Shown: positions 11,770 to 22,283, numbered from the stretch's first letter. The stretch: DNA of 64,000 nt from Polyangiales bacterium (GCA_038230375.1 JBBRNJ010000018.1:1-64000); one strand, 5' to 3'. A program made the numbers and translations. The notes: generated from the letters alone by a model not told the origin.

Positions 11770-13083
11770 TCACCTTCGCTTCTTCTCGAGCGCGCAGACC
11801 ACCTCCACGTGGCTCGTGTCCGGGAAGCACGGGACGATGTCGAGCGAGCGCACGTCGTAACCTTGCGCCAGGATGACCAGGTCGCGACCGAGCGTCTCCG
11901 GATCGCACGACGCATAGAGAATTGAGCGCGCCACACCACGGGCGTGCGTCTCTGCCACGGCGCGGGCGCCTGTGCGCGGCGGATCGAGCACGAGCAGCTC
12001 CGGCTTCTCGGTGACGCGAAGGGACTCCGCTTCACCCTGCTTCACGTCGCAGACCAGACCTCGCGCGCGAAGGTTCTCTCGCGCCTTCTCGCAGGCCTCC
12101 GCGCTGACCTCCACGGTCGTGAGAGCGCCCATGGTCGCGAGCACGACGCTGAAGTTGCCGGCGCCCGCATAGAGCTCCACGATCTTCCCGGTACGCGCGC
12201 CGAGGAGTTCCTTCGCGCGTGCGATCACCACGGCAGCGAGCGCGGGTGACTCCGTGGCCTGCGCGAAGCCGCCTGGCGCGAGCGCGATCGGTGCGCCATC
12301 CGCGCCGCGTGTGTACGGCGTGGGATCGCCGACGATCGATGGACGCGCCGCGCCCTTCTCGAGCAGGCGCACGCCCGCGAACCGGCGCTCCGTGACCGCA
12401 GTCTCCACGCGCGCATACACGGCGCGAGGTAGCTCGCCATCCCACGAGAGTGAGAGCACGGGCCTCCGGACGTCCTCGAATGCGCCGAGCGCGAGGAGCG
12501 CCTCTCCCTTGCCCAGGGCGCCGGCGAGCAGCGCGGGGAGCTCTGCGCGCGCGCGGTCCAGCGCAGGATCGAGCGCCACGCACGTGCGCACCGACACCAC
12601 GTCATGCGAACCTTCCTGGAAGAATCCGCAAGTGACCCGTCCGCGTTTGTCCGCCACCACGTGGAGCCGCGCGCGCGTTCGCGCTCCTCCTGAAGGCGTG
12701 AATGGCGCGAGCGTGGGGGGCGGATGCTGCACGTCACGGAGCGCCCCAAGCACGCGCTCTCGGTGTGCTCGCATCTGGGCGTCGGGGGAGAGATGGAGGA
12801 AATCGCAGCCGCCGCACGTCGAGAAGCTCTCGCACGATGGCTCCACGCGATCCGCGCTCGCCGTGAGCAAGGACACCACGCGCCCTCGCGCTGGGCGGGT
12901 GGCAAAGTCGACATCGCACGAGACCACGTCGCCTGCGGCCGTGCGCGGGATGAAGACCGCGCGGGACTCGCCGCCCTCTTGCACATGGCCCACACCCACG
13001 CCGGAGCTCGCGAGCCGCGACACGGTGACGTCGAGCCGGCGCGCGAGTCGACCCTTGTTGCGGGCGTTGCCTCCGCCGCTCAT
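11770..13083 (-). CDS. rlmD: TrmA/RlmD-family RNA (uracil-5)-methyltransferase
   Basis: Start MSGGGN; TRAM-like N-terminus, C-x5-CGGC Fe-S motif, FAQ, ELYAGAGNF, LDPPRTG, YASCDPETLGRD, FPDTSHVE. Confidence 0.88.
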   Translation of the reverse strand: MSGGGNARNKGRLARRLDVTVSRLASSGVGVGHVQEGGESRAVFIPRTAAGDVVSCDVDFATRPARGRVVSLLTASADRVEPSCESFSTCGGCDFLHLSPDAQMRAHRERVLGALRDVQHPPPTLAPFTPSGGARTRARLHVVADKRGRVTCGFFQEGSHDVVSVRTCVALDPALDRARAELPALLAGALGKGEALLALGAFEDVRRPVLSLSWDGELPRAVYARVETAVTERRFAGVRLLEKGAARPSIVGDPTPYTRGADGAPIALAPGGFAQATESPALAAVVIARAKELLGARTGKIVELYAGAGNFSVVLATMGALTTVEVSAEACEKARENLRARGLVCDVKQGEAESLRVTEKPELLVLDPPRTGARAVAETHARGVARSILYASCDPETLGRDLVILAQGYDVRSLDIVPCFPDTSHVEVVCALEKKRR

Positions 13084-14831
13084 GGTGCGCACGCAAAGAG
13101 CGCGTAGCCACCCGTCGGATCGCTGCCGACGAGCTGCGTGGCTGTGGTCCACGCGACCAGCACGCGCGTGGAAGACGCGGCGATCGCCACGTGGCCATCC
13201 CGGTACGCGCGAAGGTCGGGGACGCGCGGGTCTTGCTCGAGGAGCAGCTCCGGCAAGAGACCGCCGGCATCTGCGCCCCGCGTGAGCGCAAGCAACGAGA
13301 TGGAGCCGGGCCGTGACGCCGCAACGAGCACGCGCCCGTCCACGAAGGTCACGTCGCCGTCCAGGTACTGGTCCGCGGAGATGGTGACGATCTCCGTCTG
13401 CGCGACCAGCGTGCGGCTCGGCCCGTAGATGCGCACCGCAAGCGGCTGCTCCAGCCCCGGCGAGAGCACCGCCACCTTGTCCGTGTACGCCGCGACCGCA
13501 CCCCACGCCGCGGGGATGTCCGTGGCGGCCTGCCCGCTGAAGGTCGCCGGGGTCGTCGTGGCTGGAGCGATCTGGAGATGCAGCGTCGCGGTCGTTCCCA
13601 TGACGCCGCCTTCACTCACGCCACCCTCGTCTGGAGGAGGCGCCGCTGATTCGCTGCGCGAGAGGAATGCCACGACCTTTTCCGAGGTGGCGATCTTCGC
13701 CAGCGTGTACGGTCCGCCGCTAGCGAAGAGCGGGATGCGTGTGGAGTTCTCGACGGGCTTGGCGGCGAGCGCGGCGACCTGCGTCTGCGCGAAGATCGCG
13801 TCGCCGTTCTGGAGGTACACCACGTCGTAGAGCCCCTTCACCGGCGAGGGGGCGACTGTCTTGCCGTACGACAGCTCCACGGTCCTGTCGGGGAACATCG
13901 CGTTGAAGACGGCCGCATATCCGTCGGCGGCGCCGGTGGCATCCGCAGCGATGTAGTCGATGCCCGCGTTCTTGCCCGTGCACAGGTGACGGCTCATCGC
14001 GATGAGGCCCACCGAGCCCGCGAGCCCGAGCCCCACGCCGTCGTGCTCGTCGTTCCCAGGGCAGCGGGGGACCTCGTGGGCAGTGGCGACCCCGATTCCG
14101 CCGCCTGGATCGATCGTCAGCGTTCGCACACGGCCTTTGCCGAGCTGCGTCGCCATCTCGCGATACGCGATCAGGAAGCCCGTGGGCGTGGCGACCACCG
14201 CGGGCGCGCCAACGTACTCATCTGCGAGCGTGTCACCATCCAGGTAGCGGCCGCCGAGCGGGCCCGCGCCAATCATTTGTAGAGTACAACCACTTCCGAG
14301 CGATGAATTCGTGCCGTCACTCGAGGAGATGCAGACGGCATCCTGACAGGTCGCGTCCTGCGCGCACGTTCCCGGTGCCGGGTTCGCGCCAGTGGCCTTC
14401 ATCGGCACGACGACATCACTTGTGCCGCCCACGTCGGCCACGACGCACCCGACGCCCACCACACCGCACGCCTGATCGCGCACCGTCCCCACGAACGCGT
14501 ACGGCTTGCGCGGGAGATCGCCCATGGTTGGCCGCGTCGGCTGGTCCAGGCGAAACGCGATGCGCGCGGCATAGCCCTGCGGCAGGCCCCCGGCTGCTTG
14601 CGGTCCGAGCGTGCCGCAGCTGCCGCCCGGGTATGCGGCGACCTCGACCCAGACAGACTGGTCCGCGAGGCCACCCGGGACGTCGACCTCGAAGCTGACC
14701 GTCGGGTTCTTGCGACACGCGAGAAAACAGATCGCTGTGAGGGTGAGGCAGGCAGCCAGGGTCGCGCCTCTCACGCGAGCGCGCCCCGAGCGAGGGCTGG
14801 GCTCTCGCTCGCGGAGCTTGGCAAGCGACAT
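13080..14831 (-). CDS. Cys-rich hypothetical lipoprotein (beta-rich C-terminal region)
   Basis: Start MSLAKL (TGATG overlap with the kinase stop); lipobox CFLAC; ATGA overlap with rlmD. Confidence 0.75.
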   Translation of the reverse strand: MSLAKLREREPSPRSGRARVRGATLAACLTLTAICFLACRKNPTVSFEVDVPGGLADQSVWVEVAAYPGGSCGTLGPQAAGGLPQGYAARIAFRLDQPTRPTMGDLPRKPYAFVGTVRDQACGVVGVGCVVADVGGTSDVVVPMKATGANPAPGTCAQDATCQDAVCISSSDGTNSSLGSGCTLQMIGAGPLGGRYLDGDTLADEYVGAPAVVATPTGFLIAYREMATQLGKGRVRTLTIDPGGGIGVATAHEVPRCPGNDEHDGVGLGLAGSVGLIAMSRHLCTGKNAGIDYIAADATGAADGYAAVFNAMFPDRTVELSYGKTVAPSPVKGLYDVVYLQNGDAIFAQTQVAALAAKPVENSTRIPLFASGGPYTLAKIATSEKVVAFLSRSESAAPPPDEGGVSEGGVMGTTATLHLQIAPATTTPATFSGQAATDIPAAWGAVAAYTDKVAVLSPGLEQPLAVRIYGPSRTLVAQTEIVTISADQYLDGDVTFVDGRVLVAASRPGSISLLALTRGADAGGLLPELLLEQDPRVPDLRAYRDGHVAIAASSTRVLVAWTTATQLVGSDPTGGYALFACAP

Positions 14832-17800
14832 CAGTTGCTCATGGCCTCGCGAACTTCGCTGGTCTTGCCCGCAGTCACGGTGACCTTCACGGTCTTCTTG
14901 TTGCCGCCTGACACCAGTGTGAGGTTGTGCGGGCCCGACTGGACCGGCCGCGCGAAGATCGGCGAGGGACCGAGCGCGCCTCCGTTGTCGATCACCTGGT
15001 TGCATGCGGGCAGACACACGATGGTGATACCACCCAGTTCGCCCGTTTTCGCGGGTTGACCTGCAGCGCCCGGTTGCGGCACGGGTGCGGGTTGCGCAGC
15101 AAGGGGCTGCGGAACCGGCTGGGGGACGGGTTGCGGGCGCGCGGGCTGAGGAGCAGGCTGCACGGCCATCGGTTGGGGCGCGGGCGCGGGCTGAGGTGCC
15201 GGCTGCGCGGCGGCGATCGGCTGGGACGCGGGCTGAGCAGGAGTATTCGGGTCGGGGGTCGTCGGGTTTGCCGGCGGGACGTTGGGGTCGGTCACGGCGA
15301 CCGCCGGTGCGACACCTCCACCGACGCCCGGCCCCGTCGCGCCAGTCGTTGTGGTGGCACCTGCGGGCGAAGGCGGAGCGCCATTCATTCCGGTGGGACC
15401 GGACCCGCCGACGATCTGCGTGAACTGGACCCGCGCCGTCGAGAACGGGTTCGCGACGGTCGGCGATTTACTGGTGCGCGTCGGGTCACTCACGACGGCA
15501 GATGGCACCGAGGATGGTGCGGTGGAGCCGCCGGCCGCGAGGGTCGTGCCTGCGGACGAAGCTGTCTTCACCACCTTCGGCTTCTGGCTCGGGGCCGACG
15601 CGATGGAGATGATCACTGCGAAGATGCCGGCCACGAGCAGCGCGACGGAGCAAGACACCGCGATGAGCACCCACATCGGCGGGCGTCGCGAGCCCTGGCC
15701 CGTGTACTGCGTGTCGATCCGCTGAGCGGAGACCTGCATCGTCGGGTTCCACGGCTGCCCGTTTCCGGTCTGCATGGCCGGGCTGTAGTCGCCCGCGACA
15801 CCAGGGCCCATCATGTTCGGGGCGCTCTGCATGCCGCCAGCCGAGGGCATACCGCCGCCCTGCATGCCTCCTTGCATGCCACCCTGCATCTGGTTGGGGT
15901 ACCCGTTCTGGTTGTACGGGTCCATGCCGGGCGCGCCCATCATGCCGGGGCCACCGTTCATCCCGTTGATGCCAGCGCCGTTCACGCCGTTCATGCCGCC
16001 ATTCAGGCTGGCGCCCATGCCAAACGGATCGAGGGGGTTGGGGCCCGGCTGCTGCATCGGCTGCATGGGTTGTCCGAACCCCGGACCGAAGTCGAGCGGC
16101 GGCGGCCCCTGGTTCGGGTTGCCATTCCCATTGCCGTTGAGCTCGTTCCTCGCGTTGCGGAGCTCGTTCGAGTTGGGCGCGATGGTCTCCGCGTATTGCA
16201 TCTCGCGCGGCGGCGGAAACCCAGGAGCTGCGTTGTTGCCACCCTGCGGCGCGACGACCACGGCAGGAAGCGGAGGAGACATCTGGCCCATCTGGCCTGG
16301 CCCACCGGCACTCATGGAGCCGAGCGCCATCGTCTGGTTCAGTGGCTTGTTCGCGCCAGCACGCGCAGAGGTAGGCGAGGGGGGAGCGGGCGGCCGCTCG
16401 ATCGCAGGCTGCCGATCACGTTCGATCGCGGGCGCGCGTGACGGCCCCGTGGGCACCGACGCGATCGCCTCGCGGTTCGTTGCAACGATCGTGGCATCTT
16501 GATCTTCTTCTTCTTCGATCTCCTCGAGCAGTGCGGATGACTCCACCGACACAGCGGTCGCGGATCCAAGCGGGCTGCCCTGGTTCTGCTCGTGGCGAGG
16601 CGCAGGCGCCATCATCGTCGGAGGCTCGTCCTGTACCGGCGTCGCGCCGCTGTCGTTGAGCATCGACGGAGCTGCCTGGATGGTCGGCCCGTCGCTGTCG
16701 CTCGGGTGCTCGTCCTCCTCGAACGGCGCGAGCTCGACGTTCTTCGCCGTGTTCGCGGCCGGAGGCGGCGGCGGAGCAGCCGGCGACTTTTGCGAAGCGT
16801 GACCGACCTGCGGACCGCCGACGCGCGGAACACCTGTGGTGGGTGCGCTCTGGGCAGCTCCGCTGGCCCCACCTGGGCGCGGCGGTCCCCCGCTCCTGCC
16901 CGGTGGCTGGGCGGTCTGCGGAAGTCCAGACGACGCCTGCGTCGCAGGCGGCTCGTTTCGGATCTCCGCAGGACGGCCGGCTGCGGGCAGTACCGCCGCA
17001 GGTCCGCGACCGGTGGGCGCCACGTCGGAGTTGGTGAGCTCCGCGCCGAGCTTCGGCAGATCCGCCGGCAGGCTGCTCGCGTTGATGGTCTGCGTGACCT
17101 CGGACGCCCAGCGCAGGTGCGCGTCGCGCTTCTGGATGCGTTCGGCAAAGATGGATTGCGTGTAGGTTGCAACCTCGTCGCTGGCGATGAACAGCCCGCG
17201 GCGCATGAGGAGTGACTGGAGCGCACGGGAGAACTCGCGTGCGGTCTTGAAGCGCTCGTTGCGGTTCTTCGCGAGCGCCTTCATGACGATCTTTTCGAGG
17301 TCGACCGGGTAGCCGCGCACGATCGTGCTCGGGCGCGCGACGTTGCATTCCTGGACCTTGGCGAGCGTGTCGAGATCGCTCTCGCTCCTGAACAACCGCT
17401 GCCCGGTGGTGAGCTCCCAGAGCACGACGCCGAGCGCGAAGATGTCCGTGCGGCGATCGATCGTCTCGCCGTGCACCTGCTCCGGTGACATGTACGCGAG
17501 CTTGCCCTTCAGGGTGCCAGCGCGTGTGGAGGACATGCGCGAGCTGAACTTCGCGATGCCGAAGTCCACGACCTTGGTGACGCCATCATAGGTGACGAAG
17601 AGGTTGTGCGGGGTCACGTCACGATGGACGAGGCCCATCTTCTCGCCGTTCTTCCCCAGCAGCTCGTGCGCGGCGTGCAGGCCTTCTGCGGCGTCGGCAA
17701 TGACGCGGCACGCGATCTCCGGCGGCATGGAGCTACCGAGCTCCTCGGTGCGGCGCATCACCTCGCGCAGCGGCTCGCCGTGGAGGTACTCCATGGCGAT

Positions 17801-18094
17801 CCAGTACGTGTCCTCGTGCTTGCCCAGGTCGAACACCGTCGCCACGTTCGGGTGGGAGATGCGCGCGGCTACGCGGGCTTCGTCGAGGAACATCTGGACG
17901 AACGAGTCGTCCTCCACGAGGTGCGCGTGGATCTTCTTGATGGCGACCCACTTCTGGAAGCCACCGGGGCCGTCCATGCGTGCAAGGTGCACGCTGGCCA
18001 TGCCGCCAACGCCGATCTCGTCGACGACGCGGTAGCGACCAAGGAAGTACGTTCCAACCGTGTGCCGGTTGTCAGGCATCTGGTTCTGACTCAC
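14831..18094 (-). CDS. Membrane Ser/Thr protein kinase with long low-complexity linker and C-terminal PEGA-like domain
   Basis: Start GTG (GTGA overlap) or ATG 18079; IGVGGMASV, VAIKK, HRDVTPHN, DFG, YMSPE, DIFALG; TM WVLIAVSC..IISI; LGPSPI PEGA-like end. Confidence 0.95.
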   Translation of the reverse strand: MSQNQMPDNRHTVGTYFLGRYRVVDEIGVGGMASVHLARMDGPGGFQKWVAIKKIHAHLVEDDSFVQMFLDEARVAARISHPNVATVFDLGKHEDTYWIAMEYLHGEPLREVMRRTEELGSSMPPEIACRVIADAAEGLHAAHELLGKNGEKMGLVHRDVTPHNLFVTYDGVTKVVDFGIAKFSSRMSSTRAGTLKGKLAYMSPEQVHGETIDRRTDIFALGVVLWELTTGQRLFRSESDLDTLAKVQECNVARPSTIVRGYPVDLEKIVMKALAKNRNERFKTAREFSRALQSLLMRRGLFIASDEVATYTQSIFAERIQKRDAHLRWASEVTQTINASSLPADLPKLGAELTNSDVAPTGRGPAAVLPAAGRPAEIRNEPPATQASSGLPQTAQPPGRSGGPPRPGGASGAAQSAPTTGVPRVGGPQVGHASQKSPAAPPPPPAANTAKNVELAPFEEDEHPSDSDGPTIQAAPSMLNDSGATPVQDEPPTMMAPAPRHEQNQGSPLGSATAVSVESSALLEEIEEEEDQDATIVATNREAIASVPTGPSRAPAIERDRQPAIERPPAPPSPTSARAGANKPLNQTMALGSMSAGGPGQMGQMSPPLPAVVVAPQGGNNAAPGFPPPREMQYAETIAPNSNELRNARNELNGNGNGNPNQGPPPLDFGPGFGQPMQPMQQPGPNPLDPFGMGASLNGGMNGVNGAGINGMNGGPGMMGAPGMDPYNQNGYPNQMQGGMQGGMQGGGMPSAGGMQSAPNMMGPGVAGDYSPAMQTGNGQPWNPTMQVSAQRIDTQYTGQGSRRPPMWVLIAVSCSVALLVAGIFAVIISIASAPSQKPKVVKTASSAGTTLAAGGSTAPSSVPSAVVSDPTRTSKSPTVANPFSTARVQFTQIVGGSGPTGMNGAPPSPAGATTTTGATGPGVGGGVAPAVAVTDPNVPPANPTTPDPNTPAQPASQPIAAAQPAPQPAPAPQPMAVQPAPQPARPQPVPQPVPQPLAAQPAPVPQPGAAGQPAKTGELGGITIVCLPACNQVIDNGGALGPSPIFARPVQSGPHNLTLVSGGNKKTVKVTVTAGKTSEVREAMSN

Positions 18095-18981
18095 GGCGTC
18101 CTCCGCACTGTGACGGAGCTGACGGTCACGTTGTCGGTGGGACGAAACTGGAAGTACCCCGCAGTGCCCGCGCCCGCGAGCACCGCTCCGCCAATGACGT
18201 ACGGCCACGGCGTGGACCAGAAGCTCTTGCTCTCCTTCGGCTTGTTGTCCGGCTTCTGTCCCTTCGTGTCGTGTGCAACGGGCCCGACGACGCCGCCGCC
18301 CTTCGCATCCCCATCCGCCTTGACGCGTGACGATTGCGTGGCGATGCGGTTGTTGTACGAGTCGAGCGCGTCCACGCGGACAAGGATGGTTGCATCGGGC
18401 AATGCGAGGTCGGCGGGGATGGTGAAGTCCACATGCTCGGCCGTGGGCTCCTCGTGCTTGTACTCCCTGCCGCTGGTCCCCTCGCGGGCGACCACTGCGA
18501 GCCGCTTCACGATGGTGAGGTGGGAGTGATCCAGGTCCGCGCCGACCGTGATGGGTTTGCCAACGGGAGACGTGGGCGGTGCCGACATGGAGAGCGAAAT
18601 TCCACCGTACTTCGCGACGTCCTTCTTCGCGGCCGCAGCCAGCTGGACTGCTTTCTGACCAGCCTCGCCCGGTACGACGAAGTTGGGATCGAGCACGGCA
18701 GCGGCCCGGAACGCATTCTGCGCCGCCTCCTTCTTGCCGAGCAGCACGCGCGAGCATCCAATCCGGACGTAGCTTTCCACCACTTCTGAAGGCGACAGCT
18801 CCCCGTTTTCGATCGCCGTCTTGTAAGCCGACTCCGAGCCGCTCACGTCACCGCGGTCCCAGGCGTTCCGCGCATGATTCAGCGACATGGAAGACGCTGG
18901 CTCCGCGTTCGCCGGGGGGGCGAGGCAAGCAAACACGATCGCCGCCGCAATGGCGGAGAGTGCATGGCGAAAGCGCGGCAC
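18091..18981 (-). CDS. Exported TPR-like protein with C-terminal hydrophobic anchor
   Basis: Probable GTG start (VPRFRHALS); signal ending ANA; TPR-like AQNAFRAAAVLDPNF; FWSTPWPYVIGGAVLAGAG tail. Confidence 0.75.
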   Translation of the reverse strand: MPRFRHALSAIAAAIVFACLAPPANAEPASSMSLNHARNAWDRGDVSGSESAYKTAIENGELSPSEVVESYVRIGCSRVLLGKKEAAQNAFRAAAVLDPNFVVPGEAGQKAVQLAAAAKKDVAKYGGISLSMSAPPTSPVGKPITVGADLDHSHLTIVKRLAVVAREGTSGREYKHEEPTAEHVDFTIPADLALPDATILVRVDALDSYNNRIATQSSRVKADGDAKGGGVVGPVAHDTKGQKPDNKPKESKSFWSTPWPYVIGGAVLAGAGTAGYFQFRPTDNVTVSSVTVRRTP

Positions 18982-19128
18982 GTTAAGGATGAGCGTATCC
19001 AGGGATTTCACGCCGTGCAAGCAAGGCCACAGCTGGCGCGTCGCTCTGTGGGCGTGACCAGGGTGCGCAAGATGGAGAAAGGTCGGATAACGCGCCGGCT
19101 TCAAGCACCCGCTCTGAAGCCCCCAGGT

Positions 19129-19899
19129 CTAGGGAAAGGGCTGCTCCGGGCGCCCGCGCTCGAAGTAGAAGTCGAAGTTGCCGCGCAGGTGGCCGCGGCA
19201 CTTCGGAGGGGGCCCTTTGCCGCCGGGATCGACGTCACGCGGGTCTGCCAGGTAGACGTCGAAGCATCCCCGGTTTAGACGCGCGGCGGCGTTGCTCTCC
19301 TGCGGGTTGCCGTCGAAGAGGCTGGTGAAGGAGATGGTGCTCTTGCCGCTGCCGGCGCCTGCGGGCATCGGATTCGCGCAGCCGCTCGCGGTGTCGGCCC
19401 CATCGATGCTCTCCGTCACGGTGCAGCTGTCATCCGTGGGCATTGTGACCTGGGCCACCGCGTACAGCGCGACCTGCTGCGTCTGGCAACTCTTCTGGAG
19501 AGACAGCACGAAGTGCACAGGCGCTGGCGTCGGGTTCGCAACGAGCGGTACGCCGGGTGGCGTCACGCCTGCGGGAATGTCGACCGTCAGGGGTTGATTG
19601 TATTCGCCGCCGCTGGTGTCGCCGGGCCGAATCTTGGAGGTGTCGTCGATGAGGATGGAGACGGCGTCACTGAAGGTCTGGAAGTCGCTGCCACGCTGGA
19701 CGCGGAGCGTGAGCGTGGACCGATACGGCACGCCCGCGAAGAAGTCGGGCTCGAGATCGAACTTGCCGCTCCAGCAGTCCTGAGCGTTGAGAACGCCCGT
19801 GACGCGCCCGTGGCCCGCGCCGCCGCCGCACGACGCCGTGGTCGCGGCCAGCGCGAACGCCACGAACGCAAGCGAGCCGGCGCTGCGCAGTGCCCTCAT
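19129..19899 (-). CDS. Hypothetical lipoprotein
   Basis: TTASC lipobox; C-terminal FYFERGRPEQPFP; ATGA overlap with mnmA. Confidence 0.8.
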   Translation of the reverse strand: MRALRSAGSLAFVAFALAATTASCGGGAGHGRVTGVLNAQDCWSGKFDLEPDFFAGVPYRSTLTLRVQRGSDFQTFSDAVSILIDDTSKIRPGDTSGGEYNQPLTVDIPAGVTPPGVPLVANPTPAPVHFVLSLQKSCQTQQVALYAVAQVTMPTDDSCTVTESIDGADTASGCANPMPAGAGSGKSTISFTSLFDGNPQESNAAARLNRGCFDVYLADPRDVDPGGKGPPPKCRGHLRGNFDFYFERGRPEQPFP

Positions 19900-21098
19900 G
19901 CGGACGCCTCCATCACCGGACCCACGGCCGCGTCACGGCTGCCAGCGTCTCGGGCACCTGTGGCCGCGGTGATGCGCGCTCCACCGACGACCTGCTCGCT
20001 ATCGTTGTAAAATACACATATCTGTCCGCGGGTCACTGCGCGGACGGGCTCCTCGAAGACGACACGTGCGGTGCCGGGAGCGTCGCCGGGGAGGACCCGC
20101 GCCTTCGCGCCATCGTGGCGGTAGCGGACACGGACGCGCGCGGACAGCGGCAAGCTGACGCCCTCGGACAGGTGCAGCGCGCAGACCTCCGCGCCAGTGG
20201 CGAACAGACCTTCGGCGCCTCCGACGTGGACCGTGGCGGTCTCCGGATCGATCTGCGTGACGAACGCTGGCTTGCCGAGCGCGACGCCGAGCCCCTTCCG
20301 CTGACCGATCGTGAAGCGGTGCAGGCCGTCGTGTGTCCCCACGACCTTGCCGTGGTCGTCGACGATGTTGCCGGGCCGGATGCGTGGCTTCGCGCGCTCT
20401 TCGATGAACGCCTCGTACGCGTGCGCGCCCGAGCCCACGAAGCACAGCTCCTGGCTCTCGCCCTTCGTGGCGGAGGGGATCTTGCGGGCGACCGCCTCTG
20501 CACGGACCTCCGCCTTGGTGCTGTCGCCGAGCGGGAAGAGCAACCGCGCCACCTGCGCTGGCGGGGTCGCGTACAGGAAGTAGCTCTGGTCCTTGCCCTT
20601 GTCCTTGCCCTCCGCGATGCGCAGCGGGCCCCCGCTCTCCGAGACGACGCGCGCGTAGTGTCCCGTGGCGATCTTTGCCGCGCCCAGGCGGTCGGCGATC
20701 GCGAAGAGCTCCGCGAGCTTCACGTGCTTGTTGCACGCAGTGCACGGGCTGGGCGTGTCGCCTGCCAGGTAGGCCGCGACGAAGGGCTCCACGACCTCCT
20801 TCGCGAACAGCTCGCGCCGGTCGAACGAGTAGTGCGGGAAGCCAAACGCGTCGGCCGTCTGCCGCGCATCGTACTGATCCTCGGGAGCGCAGCAGCGGCC
20901 GTGCGCTCGCTCCTTGGACTCCTCGTAGTCCCATAGATGTAGTGTACATCCAACCACGTCGTACCCGGCGTCCAGCAGGCGCAGCGCGGCCACGGCGGAG
21001 TCCACCCCCCCGCTCATCGCAACGAGCACGCGTTCGCGCGGCCCGATCGCGTCGAGCGAGTCGGGCGAGTTGGGCGAGCTGGGCAGATGCCGACTCAT
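19896..21098 (-). CDS. mnmA: tRNA-specific 2-thiouridylase MnmA
   Basis: VAMSGGVDS, GRCC, TPSPCTACN, ATGHYAR, KDQSYFL, ESQELCF, TIGQRKGL. Confidence 0.97.
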   Translation of the reverse strand: MSRHLPSSPNSPDSLDAIGPRERVLVAMSGGVDSAVAALRLLDAGYDVVGCTLHLWDYEESKERAHGRCCAPEDQYDARQTADAFGFPHYSFDRRELFAKEVVEPFVAAYLAGDTPSPCTACNKHVKLAELFAIADRLGAAKIATGHYARVVSESGGPLRIAEGKDKGKDQSYFLYATPPAQVARLLFPLGDSTKAEVRAEAVARKIPSATKGESQELCFVGSGAHAYEAFIEERAKPRIRPGNIVDDHGKVVGTHDGLHRFTIGQRKGLGVALGKPAFVTQIDPETATVHVGGAEGLFATGAEVCALHLSEGVSLPLSARVRVRYRHDGAKARVLPGDAPGTARVVFEEPVRAVTRGQICVFYNDSEQVVGGARITAATGARDAGSRDAAVGPVMEASA

Positions 21099-21166
21099 GC
21101 GCGTTGAGATAGCACGAAAGCACATCGCCGGTGGACGCTTGGAGCTGCGGCTCGTATCCTTGAACT

Positions 21167-21919
21167 ATGCCTTCTTCCTCCTTTCTTGCGCGTGTTCTCG
21201 TCGCAGGTCTCTCCGGTGGGGTGCTCATCGCATGCACCAGCGCGCTCGGAAACTTCACCGTCGACGACTCGCTGGCCGGGGACGGCGGCAAGGAAGGTGG
21301 AGGAAGCTCGGTGGCAGACGGGTCGTTCGCCGTTGATGGCGGTGAGACCACCACGGATGGCGGGTCCGGAGTCGACGCCAACACGAGGCCCATGTGCGGC
21401 GGAGGCACCGGCCATTTCGTCTTTGTGACAGCGGACCCGTACCCCGGCAACTTTGGTGGCGCCGGCACGGCGCTCATCAGTGCAAACGCCATCTGCAAGG
21501 CCGCCGCGAAGGCGGGCAACCTGCCCGGTACCTACAACGCGTGGTTGAGCACGTCCGTCGCGACACAGATGCCTGGCGACATTCTCACGACTCCCCTCTT
21601 CCTGCCCGACTGCATGCCGGTGATCAAGAACCCCATGGCGTACAAGACTTCTCAAGGCATGCTCGACCATGGCATCAACGAGGACCAGTTCGGCAAGCCG
21701 GTCGCGGCGGGTCCGGCGTGGACGGCGACCAAGTGGGACGGCACATTCGTCGGAGGCTCCCCGACGGAGCAGACCTGCGCGAACTGGAGTGACAACGGCA
21801 CGCTCGCCCAGACCAAGGGTCTCACGGGCAACATTGGCGCGCAGGACGACAAGTGGAGCGACGCGAATCAGCTCCCCTGCTCGATGCACGCGCGTCTCTA
21901 CTGCGTGCAGGTGAAGTGA
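21167..21919 (+). CDS. Lipoprotein with DUF1554/endostatin-like (C-type lectin-like) domain
   Basis: VLIAC lipobox; VFVT..GNFGG, ANAIC, YNAWLS, INEDQFG, AWT, CANWS, C..ARLYC. Confidence 0.8.
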   Translation: MPSSSFLARVLVAGLSGGVLIACTSALGNFTVDDSLAGDGGKEGGGSSVADGSFAVDGGETTTDGGSGVDANTRPMCGGGTGHFVFVTADPYPGNFGGAGTALISANAICKAAAKAGNLPGTYNAWLSTSVATQMPGDILTTPLFLPDCMPVIKNPMAYKTSQGMLDHGINEDQFGKPVAAGPAWTATKWDGTFVGGSPTEQTCANWSDNGTLAQTKGLTGNIGAQDDKWSDANQLPCSMHARLYCVQVK

Positions 21920-21929
21920 CGGCGAGCCG

Positions 21930-22250
21930 TCATTGTCCCTGGATGATGGTCTTCACGCCCGAGGCTGCGCGGTCGACCAGCTTCGCCGATAGATCGACCG
22001 CCTCGCTGTAGCGATACACACCCGCCTGCAAGACGAGCAGCTCCTGCGCTCCCAGGTCGCGGCCGCTGTGCATGGCTGCGCCGACGAGCCGCTCGCCGCG
22101 CTCCACCTCGTTGCCCAGGCCCTTGAGTATCCGCGCGAACGGGCTCGGTCCTTCCTGCGCGTGCGCTTCCTTCGGAGGCAAGGATGCGGTCGTGGTCGTG
22201 GTTCTGGGTGGCATCGGAAGCGGGCCTTCACGGGAGATTCGCGCGGTCAT
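21930..22250 (-). CDS. T3SS inner-rod (SctI/EscI/YscI/HrpB2)-like protein
   Basis: C-terminal QELLVLQAGVYRYSEAVDLSAKLVDRAASGVKTIIQGQ fits the inner-rod helix pattern; disordered N-terminus. Confidence 0.7.
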   Translation of the reverse strand: MTARISREGPLPMPPRTTTTTASLPPKEAHAQEGPSPFARILKGLGNEVERGERLVGAAMHSGRDLGAQELLVLQAGVYRYSEAVDLSAKLVDRAASGVKTIIQGQ

Positions 22251-22256
22251 GCTCTC

Positions 22257-22283
22257 CCATCGGCCGCGGCGCCGAAGGGTTGC
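22257..22283 (-). promoter_or_regulatory. Putative sigma28-type promoter
   Basis: Minus strand GCAA-N15-GCCGATGG versus consensus TAAA-N15-GCCGATAA; lies between the sigma28 gene and the SctI-like gene. Confidence 0.5.

Noticed and set aside
18095..18757. N-terminal extension making the kinase 1308 aa
   Set aside because: Overlaps the upstream TPR gene in another frame; the GTGA-coupled start at 18094 fits better
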